Shown here piece by piece: positions 29,129-38,938 of a stretch of 57,588 bases of DNA (position 1 is the stretch's first letter; each line of letters begins with the position of its first letter). The notes beneath the pieces are model-generated. The model made no database searches and was not told the DNA's origin. It was given only the letters and a program-made list of their open reading frames with translations. Made by a program: the position numbers and the translations under genes. The DNA comes from Bacteroidales bacterium (GTDB taxonomy: Bacteria > Bacteroidota > Bacteroidia > Bacteroidales > PUMT01): contig SKND01000403.1 in the NCBI GenBank assembly GCA_007120695.1, positions 1 through 57,588 on the forward strand. Direction: 5' to 3'.

Positions 29129-30241
29129 TTAAAGTTTTAAAAATATCCTCTTTCTGAACATGGTGTATACCGGAATAAAGATCACCCCAACATAGATCAG
29201 TGCATACAGAAGGCTGGCCAGTTTCAGATCCATCCCAACTTCTCCCATGGTATCAACAAAATGGTAATTAAGTGATTTTCCTGAAAACCGGAAACTGTAA
29301 AAGAGGGGAGACAAAACACCCGCAAGCACATATGCGCTAATGGCATTAGCACCGTAAATAATTCCAAATCCCGTTCCTTTCCTGTATCCAAGCAGGTCAA
29401 TAATAAACATGGCTGTTGCCAGTGTCATTGCAGCCAGTCCGCTGGTGTACAGCACAAATGAACTGGTCCACAGATTCTTGTTTACCGGAAACACCCAGCC
29501 CCAGGCCTCTCCTGCTACAAACGCTATAAATCCTGCAGAAAAAAGCCAGAGCATAATCCTTTCCCGGCCATTACCAGAAACAATAAGTTTTCCTGCAAGC
29601 ATTCCCGATATTCCCGTCACTATTGCCGGAAGAGTACTGAACAACCCTTCAGGATCCCACGTACCCTGCCACATCCTGCCAGGCAACAATTTCTGGTCAA
29701 TCCATGCGGCAAGATTTACTCCCGGCTCAAGCATTGGCCCATTTGACCCGGGTGTAGGAATCAGGGTCATCGCAAGCCAGTAGAAAATCAGGATTACTGA
29801 TCCTGTTACTGCCTGCGACTTCCAGCCTGAGTTAAGGTATAAAATTGCACATGCAGCAAATACCACAGCAATTCGCTGCAACACTCCTGCAACGCGAAGA
29901 TTTAAAAAATCGAATGACGGGTAAAGTGCCAGGAAAATGCCTACTGCAAAAATTTTAAGGCTCCGGCTTGCTATTTTCCAGTAAAGATCCTTCTTTGGGT
30001 GTCCCGATCTTAGCCTTTTTTCATATGCAAGGACTATTGACACCCCAACTATAAAGATAAAAAACGGGAATATCAGGTCGGTAGGGGTAATTCCGTGCCA
30101 GTCGACATGCAGTAATGGAGCATAGACATGATCCCATGTTCCCGGATAATTGACCATTATCATAGCTGCGATAGTGAATCCCCTGAAGGCATCAAGCGAC
30201 ATTAGCCTGGATGGCGAGCCGGCTTGTGAATTGTTGGTCAT
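29129..30241 (-). CDS. Polytopic membrane acyltransferase, heparan-alpha-glucosaminide N-acetyltransferase-like (DUF1624/DUF5009 type)
   Basis: 370 aa with about 10 TM segments. It has the characteristic N-terminal RLMSLDAFRGFTIAAMIMVN. Confidence 0.75.
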   Translation of the reverse strand: MTNNSQAGSPSRLMSLDAFRGFTIAAMIMVNYPGTWDHVYAPLLHVDWHGITPTDLIFPFFIFIVGVSIVLAYEKRLRSGHPKKDLYWKIASRSLKIFAVGIFLALYPSFDFLNLRVAGVLQRIAVVFAACAILYLNSGWKSQAVTGSVILIFYWLAMTLIPTPGSNGPMLEPGVNLAAWIDQKLLPGRMWQGTWDPEGLFSTLPAIVTGISGMLAGKLIVSGNGRERIMLWLFSAGFIAFVAGEAWGWVFPVNKNLWTSSFVLYTSGLAAMTLATAMFIIDLLGYRKGTGFGIIYGANAISAYVLAGVLSPLFYSFRFSGKSLNYHFVDTMGEVGMDLKLASLLYALIYVGVIFIPVYTMFRKRIFLKL

Positions 30242-30318
30242 ATCGAATCTAAGTATTGTGAATAAGCAGGTTTTAAATTATCTTGCGATTGGAAAACTAA
30301 ATCCTAAATATATAAATT

Positions 30319-32904
30319 ATGCATAGATCAGGAGCAATTTTGGCAGTAGTTTTTACCTTATTGGCTTTAACAAACTGCACTGAACAGATCCCCGGACCAA
30401 ACGACATAGAAGTTACCTGGGAGCTTATAAGCAACACCCATAGTGACCAGGCACGAACCAAAGCAGAGTTCACCATCAGGAACAACTCCGGTTTCAGGAT
30501 GAGGGACTGGAACTGGGCGTTGTTTTACAGCCAGGCTCCCAGAGGCGGGATTGTCGCAGATGAGGGAGCTAATGTTAAAGTTGAATGGATCAACGGGGAC
30601 TGGCACAGGGTTGTACCGGAAGAAGGCTTTAACCTGAGGAGGGGTCAGGAAGTAACTATTGGTTATGAGGCCAGCGCATGGTGGATCAAGGAGTCAGACG
30701 CACCGATGGGCCTCTATTTAGTATTTTATGACAAAGAAGGGAACGAAAGGGAAATAGTTACTGTAGATAATTATTCTGTAAAGCCTTTTGTCAGAGAAGA
30801 ACAGATCAGCCGTCACAGAAATGACCATACCCCGATCCCTACACCCAAGTGGAGATATGAAAACAACAGTGAAATGAGCCTGCTCGGAGAAGATGAGCTA
30901 AAGCCTGTAATCCCCACTCCGGTCAGAATAACCAGGTCGGGCGATTATGTAACCTTTACAGAGCCGGTGACCATTATCTACCAGGAGGGTCTCCGCAATG
31001 AAGCCAGCCACCTGGCCGCTCTTCTGTCCAGGCTCACGGGACAGCCATTTCACCCTGAATCGGGGACAGATGAGCGACCAAACAGCATATTGTTACGAAA
31101 GTCCGGCCTCAGCGTAAATGGCATCCGGGAGGAGGCATACAGGCTGGAGATCAGAAACAACAGGAACATAGTTGTTACCGGGTCAGATAACGCCGGGGTG
31201 TTTTACGGGATACAGACCCTGACAGCGTTGCTGCCGGTAAATGTTTTTTCCGGAACAGCAGATGTTGTAAGAATGGAAGTAATGACCATTGAAGATGCTC
31301 CCCGGTTCAGGTACAGGGGGATACATATAGATGTGGCTCGCAACTTCCAGAGCAAGGATCAGATACTTAAAGTACTTGACCTGCTTGCATATTACAAGAT
31401 AAACACCCTGCACTTCCACCTGACAGAGGATGAGGGATGGCGGATCGAGATAAGGGACCTTCCCGAGCTAACAGAGATTGGAGGACAGCGTGAACATACA
31501 GACAGGGATGCTCCGGCACTCCATCCTGCTTATGGATCGGGTCCGTTTCCCTACGCTGAGGGCACATATGGAAGCGGATACTACTCTCACGATGAGTATG
31601 TTGAGATACTCCGTTACGCTACAGAACGGCACATAAAGGTTATACCAGAGGTAAACCTGCCGGGTCATGCCAGGTCGGCTATTAAAGCAATGGAAGCGAG
31701 GTACGAACGTTTTATGGCAGCAGGAGAAGAAGAGAGAGCCAGTGAATTCAGGCTTATTGATCCGGAAGAGACATCAAGTTATGTATCTGCCCAGGTATTC
31801 ACCGACAATGTCATTAATGTGGCACGTGAATCGGTTTACCGGTTCTTTGAAACAGTTGTTGACGGAATTATTGACATGTATCAGGAGGCCGGTGCGCCAC
31901 TCGAAATATTTCATACCGGCGGTGATGAAGTTCCTGAGGGGTCCTGGACCGAATCCCCAATGATAGAGGCGCTGCTGGAAACGATGCCTGAAATAACCGA
32001 CCCAAAAAATCTGCAGGCCTATTTCTTTGAGAGAGCTATTGAAATTCTAAGGGAAAGGGGACTTAAGACAGCAGGATGGGAGGAGGTTTCCCTCCTTAAG
32101 GATGAGAGCGGGACATATGTTCCGAATCCGCAATTCGCTGATGGTTCAGTTATCCCCTATGCCTGGAACAGCCTCTGGGGCCATCAGGATCTTGGCTACC
32201 GGCTGGCAAATCTTGGATACCCTGTGGTACTGTGCCATGTATCGAATTTCTATTTTGACCTTGCCTACAACAAAGATCCACTTGAACCCGGGCTTTACTG
32301 GGCCGGATTTGTCAACACAAGAGATGCCTGGTACTATGCCCCGTTTGATATGTTTAAGACCACTATCAAAGATGCAATGGGCAGGAAGGTAAATATTGAT
32401 GAGGAATATGCAGGCATGGAAAGGATAAGGCCCGGAGCGAGGCAAAATATACTTGGCCTCCAGGCCCAGCTCTGGAGTGAAACCATCCTTGGTGGAGATA
32501 TGCTGGAATACTACATGCTCCCCAAAATGATAGGTTTCGCCGAAAGCGCATGGACCAGTGAAAGGAGTTTTGAGCAGATAGAGGATCACGAAATGAGAGT
32601 TGCCGAAGCAGACAGGAAATGGAATGTATTTGCCAATACAATGGCGCAAAGGGAACTGCCGAGGCTCTCAGGTTTGCATGGCGGATACAACTACAGGCTG
32701 CCCCTGCCGGGAGCAGTAATTGAAAATGGAACCCTCCACGCAAATATCGAGTTTCCCGGACTTGTAATAAGGTACACTACCGATGGCGAAGAACCTGTCG
32801 GCACCTCTCCACTATATGAGGGTCCGGTACAGGTGCAGGGGACTGTTAAGCTAAAGGCATTTGACAGGTCAGGAAGAGCCTCCAGAGCTGTTACCATTGA
32901 GTAA
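30319..32904 (+). CDS. GH20 beta-N-acetylhexosaminidase with N- and C-terminal accessory domains
   Basis: 861 aa with a lipoprotein-like signal (LALTNC) and the GH20 catalytic region (RGIHIDVARNF, HFHLTEDEGWR, FHTGGDEV). Confidence 0.9.
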   Translation: MHRSGAILAVVFTLLALTNCTEQIPGPNDIEVTWELISNTHSDQARTKAEFTIRNNSGFRMRDWNWALFYSQAPRGGIVADEGANVKVEWINGDWHRVVPEEGFNLRRGQEVTIGYEASAWWIKESDAPMGLYLVFYDKEGNEREIVTVDNYSVKPFVREEQISRHRNDHTPIPTPKWRYENNSEMSLLGEDELKPVIPTPVRITRSGDYVTFTEPVTIIYQEGLRNEASHLAALLSRLTGQPFHPESGTDERPNSILLRKSGLSVNGIREEAYRLEIRNNRNIVVTGSDNAGVFYGIQTLTALLPVNVFSGTADVVRMEVMTIEDAPRFRYRGIHIDVARNFQSKDQILKVLDLLAYYKINTLHFHLTEDEGWRIEIRDLPELTEIGGQREHTDRDAPALHPAYGSGPFPYAEGTYGSGYYSHDEYVEILRYATERHIKVIPEVNLPGHARSAIKAMEARYERFMAAGEEERASEFRLIDPEETSSYVSAQVFTDNVINVARESVYRFFETVVDGIIDMYQEAGAPLEIFHTGGDEVPEGSWTESPMIEALLETMPEITDPKNLQAYFFERAIEILRERGLKTAGWEEVSLLKDESGTYVPNPQFADGSVIPYAWNSLWGHQDLGYRLANLGYPVVLCHVSNFYFDLAYNKDPLEPGLYWAGFVNTRDAWYYAPFDMFKTTIKDAMGRKVNIDEEYAGMERIRPGARQNILGLQAQLWSETILGGDMLEYYMLPKMIGFAESAWTSERSFEQIEDHEMRVAEADRKWNVFANTMAQRELPRLSGLHGGYNYRLPLPGAVIENGTLHANIEFPGLVIRYTTDGEEPVGTSPLYEGPVQVQGTVKLKAFDRSGRASRAVTIE

Positions 32905-33675
32905 ATAATCGGCGCACCTGATCCAGAATTTGTTGTAGTCTTCCCAGTAGACAAAATTGCAACCCCAGTGGGGAGCAGGATCAGACATATATGCAAGGGT
33001 TCTGCCCCTGCCTGATTGGCCGGTCACCAGCAGCGGATCGCCGGTCTCCCTTACCGATAACCTAACCTTGCAGCCGGTTAAAGGGGTAACCTGGTTATAC
33101 CCCAGCACAGGAGGAAAAGACCGGATATCAATATCTTCAAACCAATCTTCTTCGCCGGCAGTTACATCAGGAGTAAAGCCTTCAGTGCTCTCAACCAGGT
33201 CGTCGCCGGCCATGCAGTTTACCGGCAATATTTCCTTCAGCCTGGTCCGTCCCCAGCCGCCTTTCCCTATCTCTCCCGAAAATGAGAGCCAGCCTCCGAG
33301 AAACATGACCGGTTTACCCTGACTGACCGACTCGACGGTCAGTCGGGTCCGGTCGGGAAAAGTCAATATACCCCGGCCCATTTTCTGCCGGTCAAAGAAG
33401 CCTGGCGCAAGCTGAAAATTTTTAGCCTCTATATCGCTGAATATGAGTAAATCATATTCCTCAAGAATCTTCTCATATTCACCCGGTCCCATTTTGTAAA
33501 AATCCCATGCAGGAACTGAACGCACCTGGTGCTGGCCGTCAGATTCAAGTGCCTTTACCAGCCATTCTCCGTAATTGAATATTTCTATTCCCTTATACTC
33601 ATAATTGAAGGGTGATTCCGCAAACATCGGTCCCATCAGGACAGCCCAATCACCAGCATAAAAAATTTTTGCCAT
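32869..33675 (-). CDS. Glutamine-amidotransferase-like fold protein (DUF1355-like), function unknown
   Basis: 268 aa with no signal peptide. The assignment rests on remembered resemblance to the ~250-aa 'putative glutamine amidotransferase' family (MAKIFYAGDW..., LIFSDI...). Its 3' end overlaps the GH20 3' end by 36 nt in a convergent arrangement. Confidence 0.5.
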   Translation of the reverse strand: MAKIFYAGDWAVLMGPMFAESPFNYEYKGIEIFNYGEWLVKALESDGQHQVRSVPAWDFYKMGPGEYEKILEEYDLLIFSDIEAKNFQLAPGFFDRQKMGRGILTFPDRTRLTVESVSQGKPVMFLGGWLSFSGEIGKGGWGRTRLKEILPVNCMAGDDLVESTEGFTPDVTAGEEDWFEDIDIRSFPPVLGYNQVTPLTGCKVRLSVRETGDPLLVTGQSGRGRTLAYMSDPAPHWGCNFVYWEDYNKFWIRCADYLLNGNSSGGSS

Positions 33676-33747
33676 AGAACAATTTTTATTAGCAATTTAT
33701 ATTGAATCAAATACGCAAGAATATTTATCAAATAAAATACCACCCTA

Positions 33748-34500
33748 TCATGCTACCCCCTGGCTAACTATCAAAAATACCATTGCTGCAATAAATGCGC
33801 CCAGGGCTGGAGCTAAAACTGGTACCCATGAATAGGCCCAGTCGCTGTCACCCTTATACTTCATCGGGTATAGATAATGTGCCAGCCGGGGACCGAGATC
33901 ACGGGCGGGATTAATGGCATAGCCGGTAGTACCGCCCAGCGACATTCCAATGCCAACAACCAGCAAAGCTACAGGCAATGCTCCTATCGAACCCAGGCCA
34001 ATAGGAACTTCGGCCATATCAGTAGATGCAAGTGAAGCATCGGTAAAGTGGAAAATTGTAAATACAAGAATAAAGGTGCCAACAACTTCAGAAAATATAT
34101 TGGAGGGAAGCTTCCGGATTTGGGGACCGGTACAGAAGACAGCAAGTTTAGTTGCTTTGTCCTCGGTAATATTCAAATGGTCCCTGAAGTACAGGTATAC
34201 AATAGTAGCACCGAAGAACCCCCCCAGCAACTGTGCAATTATATACCCCGGAACAAGTGACCAGCTGAATGACCCGGCAAAGGCAAATCCCAGGGTGACA
34301 GCAGGATTGATATGAGCCCCGGAAACCGGTCCTGCAATTATTACACCAAGGAATACTCCAAGACCCCAGGCAAAGGTAATCACTACCCAACCTGCACCAT
34401 GGCTTTTTGTGTCTTTTAAAACCGTGTTGGCAACCACACCGTCGCCCATAAGGACAAGAACGGCAGTGCCGATAAATTCATACAAGTAAACTGGATCCAT
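33748..34500 (-). CDS. glpF: Aquaglyceroporin / glycerol uptake facilitator (MIP family)
   Basis: 250 aa with six TM helices and two NPA boxes (HINPAVT, AINPARD). Confidence 0.9.
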   Translation of the reverse strand: MDPVYLYEFIGTAVLVLMGDGVVANTVLKDTKSHGAGWVVITFAWGLGVFLGVIIAGPVSGAHINPAVTLGFAFAGSFSWSLVPGYIIAQLLGGFFGATIVYLYFRDHLNITEDKATKLAVFCTGPQIRKLPSNIFSEVVGTFILVFTIFHFTDASLASTDMAEVPIGLGSIGALPVALLVVGIGMSLGGTTGYAINPARDLGPRLAHYLYPMKYKGDSDWAYSWVPVLAPALGAFIAAMVFLIVSQGVA

Positions 34501-34541
34501 AAGTTTGAGAAATTAATTGAGAATTAGGATTATTAAAAAGG

Positions 34542-36032
34542 TCATGATGACCATGATCCGGCCCTTTTGACAGCATCTGCCCACTTTACTCTGAGTCTGC
34601 CTGCGGTCTCATTGTCCATCGTTCCATTAAACTCCCTGTTCACCTTCCATTGCTGTTTCAGCTCCTCAATATTATCCCAGTACCCTGTAGCCAGTCCTGC
34701 AAGATAGGCGGCCCCCAGTGCTGTTGTTTCAACAATTTCCGGCCTGACAACCGGTATGCCGAGAATATCGGCCTGGAACTGCATCAGAAGGTTATTGGCA
34801 ACCGCCCCGCCGTCAACGCGGAGTTCCTTAACATCCATACCTGTATCCTTATTCATAACATTCAGCACATCCATTGTCTGGTATGCAATTCCCTCCAGAG
34901 CTGCACGTGCAATATGTCCGCGATTCGTACCCCGGCTTATCCCCACCATCAGTCCCCTGGCATACTGATCCCAGTGCGGAGCACCCATTCCTGTAAAAGC
35001 GGGAACAAAAAACACATCACCGTTATCTTCTACAGAAGCTGCCAGAGCCTCCACCTCCGACGACGATTTAATGATGCCCAGGCCATCCCGGAGCCACTGC
35101 ACAACGGCTCCGCCAATAAAAATACTGCCTTCAAGAGCATAGTTCACCTGGGAACCTATTTTCCATGCTACTGTGGTAACCAGGTTATTCTTTGAAATAA
35201 AAGGTTTGCTGCCGGTATTCATCAGGATGAAACACCCGGTACCATAGGTATTTTTAACCATCCCCTCGTCAACGCACATCTGACCGAACATAGCAGCCTG
35301 CTGGTCGCCTGCTATGCCTGCTATTGGAACCTTGGAGGCAAAAAAAGTTGTATTGGAGTAATCATATATCTCGCTTGAATCCCTTACTTCCGGAAGCATA
35401 CTGCGGGGGATATCCATAAGATCAAGCATATCAGGATCCCAGTCCATGCTGTTTATATTATATAGCATTGTCCGGCTTGCATTTGTTACATCAGTTATAT
35501 GAGTACGGCCCTGAGTCAGTTTCCATACAAGCCAGCTATCCACCGTGCCGAAGGCAAGTTCTCCCTTTTCGGCCTTTTCCCTTGCACCCTGAACATTATC
35601 AAGAATCCATTTAACCTTTGTCCCGCTGAAATAGGCGTCGATAACCAGTCCGGTCTTCTCCCTGATCATTTCAGCATGTCCCTTTTCCTTAAGCTCATCA
35701 CAATACCCGGAGGTTCGTCTGTCCTGCCAGACAATTGCATTGTATACCGGATTACCTGTCTTCCGGTCCCAGACAATAGCAGTCTCCCTCTGGTTGGTTA
35801 TCCCTATACCTGCGACTGCTTTGCCGTTGATGCCGAATTTAGAGATTGCCTCTGCTGCAACAGCAACCTGTGATGACCATATTTCATTGGGGTCATGCTC
35901 AACCCATCCGGGTTTAGGAAATATCTGGGTAAACTCCTTTTGTGCAACCGAGCGGATTATTCCTTTTTTATCGAACAAAAGGGCCCGTGAGCTGGTAGTA
36001 CCCTGATCAAGTGCGAGAATGTAAGTCTCCAT
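34542..36032 (-). CDS. glpK: Glycerol kinase
   Basis: 496 aa of the FGGY family: [18 protein letters not shown], and full-length GlpK-like sequence. Confidence 0.97.
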   Translation of the reverse strand: METYILALDQGTTSSRALLFDKKGIIRSVAQKEFTQIFPKPGWVEHDPNEIWSSQVAVAAEAISKFGINGKAVAGIGITNQRETAIVWDRKTGNPVYNAIVWQDRRTSGYCDELKEKGHAEMIREKTGLVIDAYFSGTKVKWILDNVQGAREKAEKGELAFGTVDSWLVWKLTQGRTHITDVTNASRTMLYNINSMDWDPDMLDLMDIPRSMLPEVRDSSEIYDYSNTTFFASKVPIAGIAGDQQAAMFGQMCVDEGMVKNTYGTGCFILMNTGSKPFISKNNLVTTVAWKIGSQVNYALEGSIFIGGAVVQWLRDGLGIIKSSSEVEALAASVEDNGDVFFVPAFTGMGAPHWDQYARGLMVGISRGTNRGHIARAALEGIAYQTMDVLNVMNKDTGMDVKELRVDGGAVANNLLMQFQADILGIPVVRPEIVETTALGAAYLAGLATGYWDNIEELKQQWKVNREFNGTMDNETAGRLRVKWADAVKRAGSWSS

Positions 36033-36158
36033 GCTTTTTATTTTTTGTTTGACAATATAGCATTTTAAGATGAATCATCCATGTGCTCAAATATCCAAAA
36101 AAATTTACTGATGCACACAAATATTTATAAAGGTATATTCAATCCCCTCTAAAGCTGA

Positions 36159-37727
36159 CTATTCAGAATAATAATTAACGGTAACCTCCTTATAAGCTTT
36201 TACCTGATCCTCTATCCACTTATTATCCTTCCCCATCTCTTTTGCCATAAGAGCAGCCACCACTGGTGCAATTCTTATGCTTTCCCTTGCATCCAATAGC
36301 TGACAGCGCGTACGCCTTGATAGAACATCCTCAACGGTCATTGCCATCTCTTCCCTTACGGCCCAGATAACCTGTGCCTTGACAATACTGAGGCTTTCAC
36401 TTAAAGTTTCTCCCAGTTCCGGATTCTCAGCGGCAAGACCGAGTACTGCATCCCTGTCGGAACCGTATACATACCAGGGATCATTCATATCAACTGATTC
36501 CATGTACCCCCTGATTTTCAGTTTCCGGGTTTTTGATTTAGTCCTCTCCCACCGGTTTACCTTTTCGGCCTTATTTATAATGTCTTCGGCCATCCTTCTG
36601 AAAGTTGTCCACTTGCCACCGATCATGGTCATAAGACCCGATGATGAGACCATGATTTTATGACTTCTTGAAATTTCCCTGGTCTTCTGCCCGTTAGCGT
36701 GTTTTGTTGCTGCCAGGGGGCGAAGGCCTGCGAATATACTAAGAACATCACTCCTTTCAGGTGCTTTTTTGAGGTACTTGCCGGCGGTGGTAAGGATAAA
36801 TTCAATTTCCTCCTCCAGCGCAACAGGTTCAAGCGAAGCATGATCTATAGGCGTATCGGTAGTCCCGACAACAACCTTGCCGTGCCAGGGAACAGCAAAA
36901 AGGACCCGGCCATCATCGGTTTTCGGAATCATAATTGCATGGTCCCCCTGGAGGAAGGATTTGTCAATCACAATATGGATTCCCTGGCTTGGGCGCATCG
37001 TAGGATCCATTCCGGGTTTATCCATTTTAAGAATATCATCAGCAAAAACCCCGGTAGCATTAATAACAACCTTGCCATTTACCTCCATTTCTTCCCCGCT
37101 CAGGCTGTCGGTCACCTTAACTCCCCTGACTCTTCCGTCTGAATCCTTAACCAGTCGGTCGACAGAAGCGTAATTCAGCACTACCGCACCCATTTCAGCA
37201 GCGGTCTGTAAAACATTAATCGCAAGTCTTGCATCATCAAACTGTCCGTCATGATACAAAACACCTGCAGAAAGCTTATTTTCGGTAACATTCGGAAGGT
37301 ATTCCACAACTTTCTTCCTGGCTATCCTTTTTGACCTTCCAAGGCTGTAACGACCGGCCATAAGATCATACATAGTTAGCCCCACAGTATAAATCAGTTC
37401 ATCAAACCACCCAAATGCCGGTATAACAAAAGCCTGGTTCTTAATAAGATGAGGTGCATTACGCAACATCCGGCCTCTTTCCACACAGGCCTCCCTCACA
37501 AGAACTACATCACCCTGAGCCAGGTATCTTACTCCACCGTGCACAAGCTTAGTGCTTTTGCTTGATGTAGACTTTACAAAGTCCGATTTCTCGAACAATA
37601 CCACCGAGTAACCCCGGCTTGCAGCTTCCAGTGCTATACCAACGCCTGAGGCTCCACCCCCGATGATAATAAAATCATAGGGCTTATTGCCGGTCTCCAG
37701 CTTCTTAAGCATCAAATCTCTTTCCAT
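36159..37727 (-). CDS. glpD: FAD-dependent glycerol-3-phosphate dehydrogenase
   Basis: 522 aa with the dinucleotide-binding motif IIIGGGASGVG and a GlpD-type C-terminal domain. Confidence 0.92.
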   Translation of the reverse strand: MERDLMLKKLETGNKPYDFIIIGGGASGVGIALEAASRGYSVVLFEKSDFVKSTSSKSTKLVHGGVRYLAQGDVVLVREACVERGRMLRNAPHLIKNQAFVIPAFGWFDELIYTVGLTMYDLMAGRYSLGRSKRIARKKVVEYLPNVTENKLSAGVLYHDGQFDDARLAINVLQTAAEMGAVVLNYASVDRLVKDSDGRVRGVKVTDSLSGEEMEVNGKVVINATGVFADDILKMDKPGMDPTMRPSQGIHIVIDKSFLQGDHAIMIPKTDDGRVLFAVPWHGKVVVGTTDTPIDHASLEPVALEEEIEFILTTAGKYLKKAPERSDVLSIFAGLRPLAATKHANGQKTREISRSHKIMVSSSGLMTMIGGKWTTFRRMAEDIINKAEKVNRWERTKSKTRKLKIRGYMESVDMNDPWYVYGSDRDAVLGLAAENPELGETLSESLSIVKAQVIWAVREEMAMTVEDVLSRRTRCQLLDARESIRIAPVVAALMAKEMGKDNKWIEDQVKAYKEVTVNYYSE

Positions 37728-37853
37728 CCGAATAAAACAGGTTAATCAATTAATATTATATTTTATAATCTGTTAATTTATATGTTGAAGGTTGCTCATA
37801 TTCAGGGCTTCAAACATATGAATTTCAAAACTGGTAAATGCTAATTAACGAGC

Positions 37854-37999
37854 GTGTTTCGATTTGTTTCTTTTTTATCATAAGCTCCTTATTGTCTATT
37901 TTACCGCTATTTAGAATATGTTATAAATTTATTACGTTACAATATTACAAAATAATCTGAATTAAACGAAACCTTTCGCAATATTCTGCTTTCGTTTAG
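37854..37999. promoter_or_regulatory. Cluster of TTTCG/CGAAA motifs in the glpD-glpR divergent region, candidate GlpR operators
   Basis: GTGTTTCGATTTG lies at 37854-37866. AAACGAAA (37964-37971) and TTTCGTTT (37990-37997) form a perfect 8-bp inverted repeat, with CTTTCG (37974-37979) between them. Confidence 0.35.
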
Positions 38000-38000
38000 T

Positions 38001-38036
38001 TACTTTTGATAATTAAAGAATTTCAAATTATTTTTG
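38001..38036 (+). promoter_or_regulatory. Two -7-type boxes (TACTTTTG at 38001-38008 and TATTTTTG at 38029-38036) upstream of glpR
   Basis: Both match TAnnTTTG. The first lies directly next to the TTTCGTTT half-site. Confidence 0.4.
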
Positions 38037-38050
38037 GGAAAAAGCATAAT

Positions 38051-38818
38051 ATGACAGCCAGCATAGCTGAAAGGCATCAGTTTATCCTGAATATACTCAG
38101 GGAAAAGGGATATGTCACCGTGCATGATCTCAGCAGGGATTTGAAAGTTTCATCAGTTACCATAAGAAAAGACCTTAAATACCTGGAGGAAAGGCAGCTG
38201 CTTTTCAGGTCACACGGCAGCGCGACCCCAAACAATCCGTATATAAACGACAGGCCCGTCAATGAAAAGGAAAAGATCAGAGTGTCTCAGAAACAGGCCA
38301 TTGCCCGCTATGCAGCAACTCTTATCGAACCAGGGGACAGTATTATACTGGCATCCGGTACAACCATAATTGAACTTGCAAGGCAAATAATTCCGGAAGA
38401 ACATCTTACAGTTGTGACGGCATCACTCAATGCATCCCAGATATTATCAAGAGATCCGGTAATTGATATAATCCAGCTGGGCGGGATGGTAAGGAAAAGT
38501 TCGTCTTCAATTGTCGGCCCCTATGCTGAAGAACTCCTTCAGAATTTCTCATGCAGCAAGCTTTTCCTGGGAGTTGACGGAATTGACCCGGAATATGGAT
38601 TTACAACTACCAATGCGATGGAAGCCATGCTGAATCAGCATATGATAAGAGCTGCCCAGAAGGTGATAGTGCTGGCAGATTCAACAAAATTCGGCAGAAG
38701 AGGATTCAGCAGGATCTGCGGGTTAACTGAGGTGGATATGATTATTACCGATTGTGAAGTTTCATCAAGTATTGTAAAGAGAATGGAAGAGGCAGGGATA
38801 GAGGTAGTGCGAAGCTGA
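38051..38818 (+). CDS. glpR: DeoR/GlpR-family transcriptional repressor
   Basis: It has an N-terminal DeoR HTH (VTVHDLSRDLKVSSVTIRKDLKYLEE) and a C-terminal DeoR sugar-phosphate sensor domain. It is divergent from glpD-glpK-glpF. The start is taken at MTASIAERHQ. Confidence 0.85.
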   Translation: MTASIAERHQFILNILREKGYVTVHDLSRDLKVSSVTIRKDLKYLEERQLLFRSHGSATPNNPYINDRPVNEKEKIRVSQKQAIARYAATLIEPGDSIILASGTTIIELARQIIPEEHLTVVTASLNASQILSRDPVIDIIQLGGMVRKSSSSIVGPYAEELLQNFSCSKLFLGVDGIDPEYGFTTTNAMEAMLNQHMIRAAQKVIVLADSTKFGRRGFSRICGLTEVDMIITDCEVSSSIVKRMEEAGIEVVRS

Positions 38819-38890
38819 TATGATTTGCTATTATAACTGAGCGGGTGAGATAAGCGAAACCAGTTAAACCAATTTATGATTAACAAAAAA

Positions 38891-38915
38891 AGCCGGGAGC
38901 AATCCCGGCTTTTTT
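38891..38915. terminator. Bidirectional rho-independent terminator between glpR and the TonB-dependent receptor
   Basis: The stem AGCCGGGA/TCCCGGCT has loop GCAA. It is flanked by AAAAAAA upstream and TTTTT downstream. Confidence 0.8.
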
Positions 38916-38938
38916 CACCATTAACCCTAAAATTTAAC

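Noticed and set aside
38890-38912. Similarity between the glpR terminator (AAAGCCGGGAGC...) and the sRNA terminator at 45108-45120 as evidence of a repeat family.
   Set aside because: The shared string is only about 12 nt of a GC-rich stem preceded by A's, which is the expected look of any intrinsic terminator. The loops and distal arms differ.
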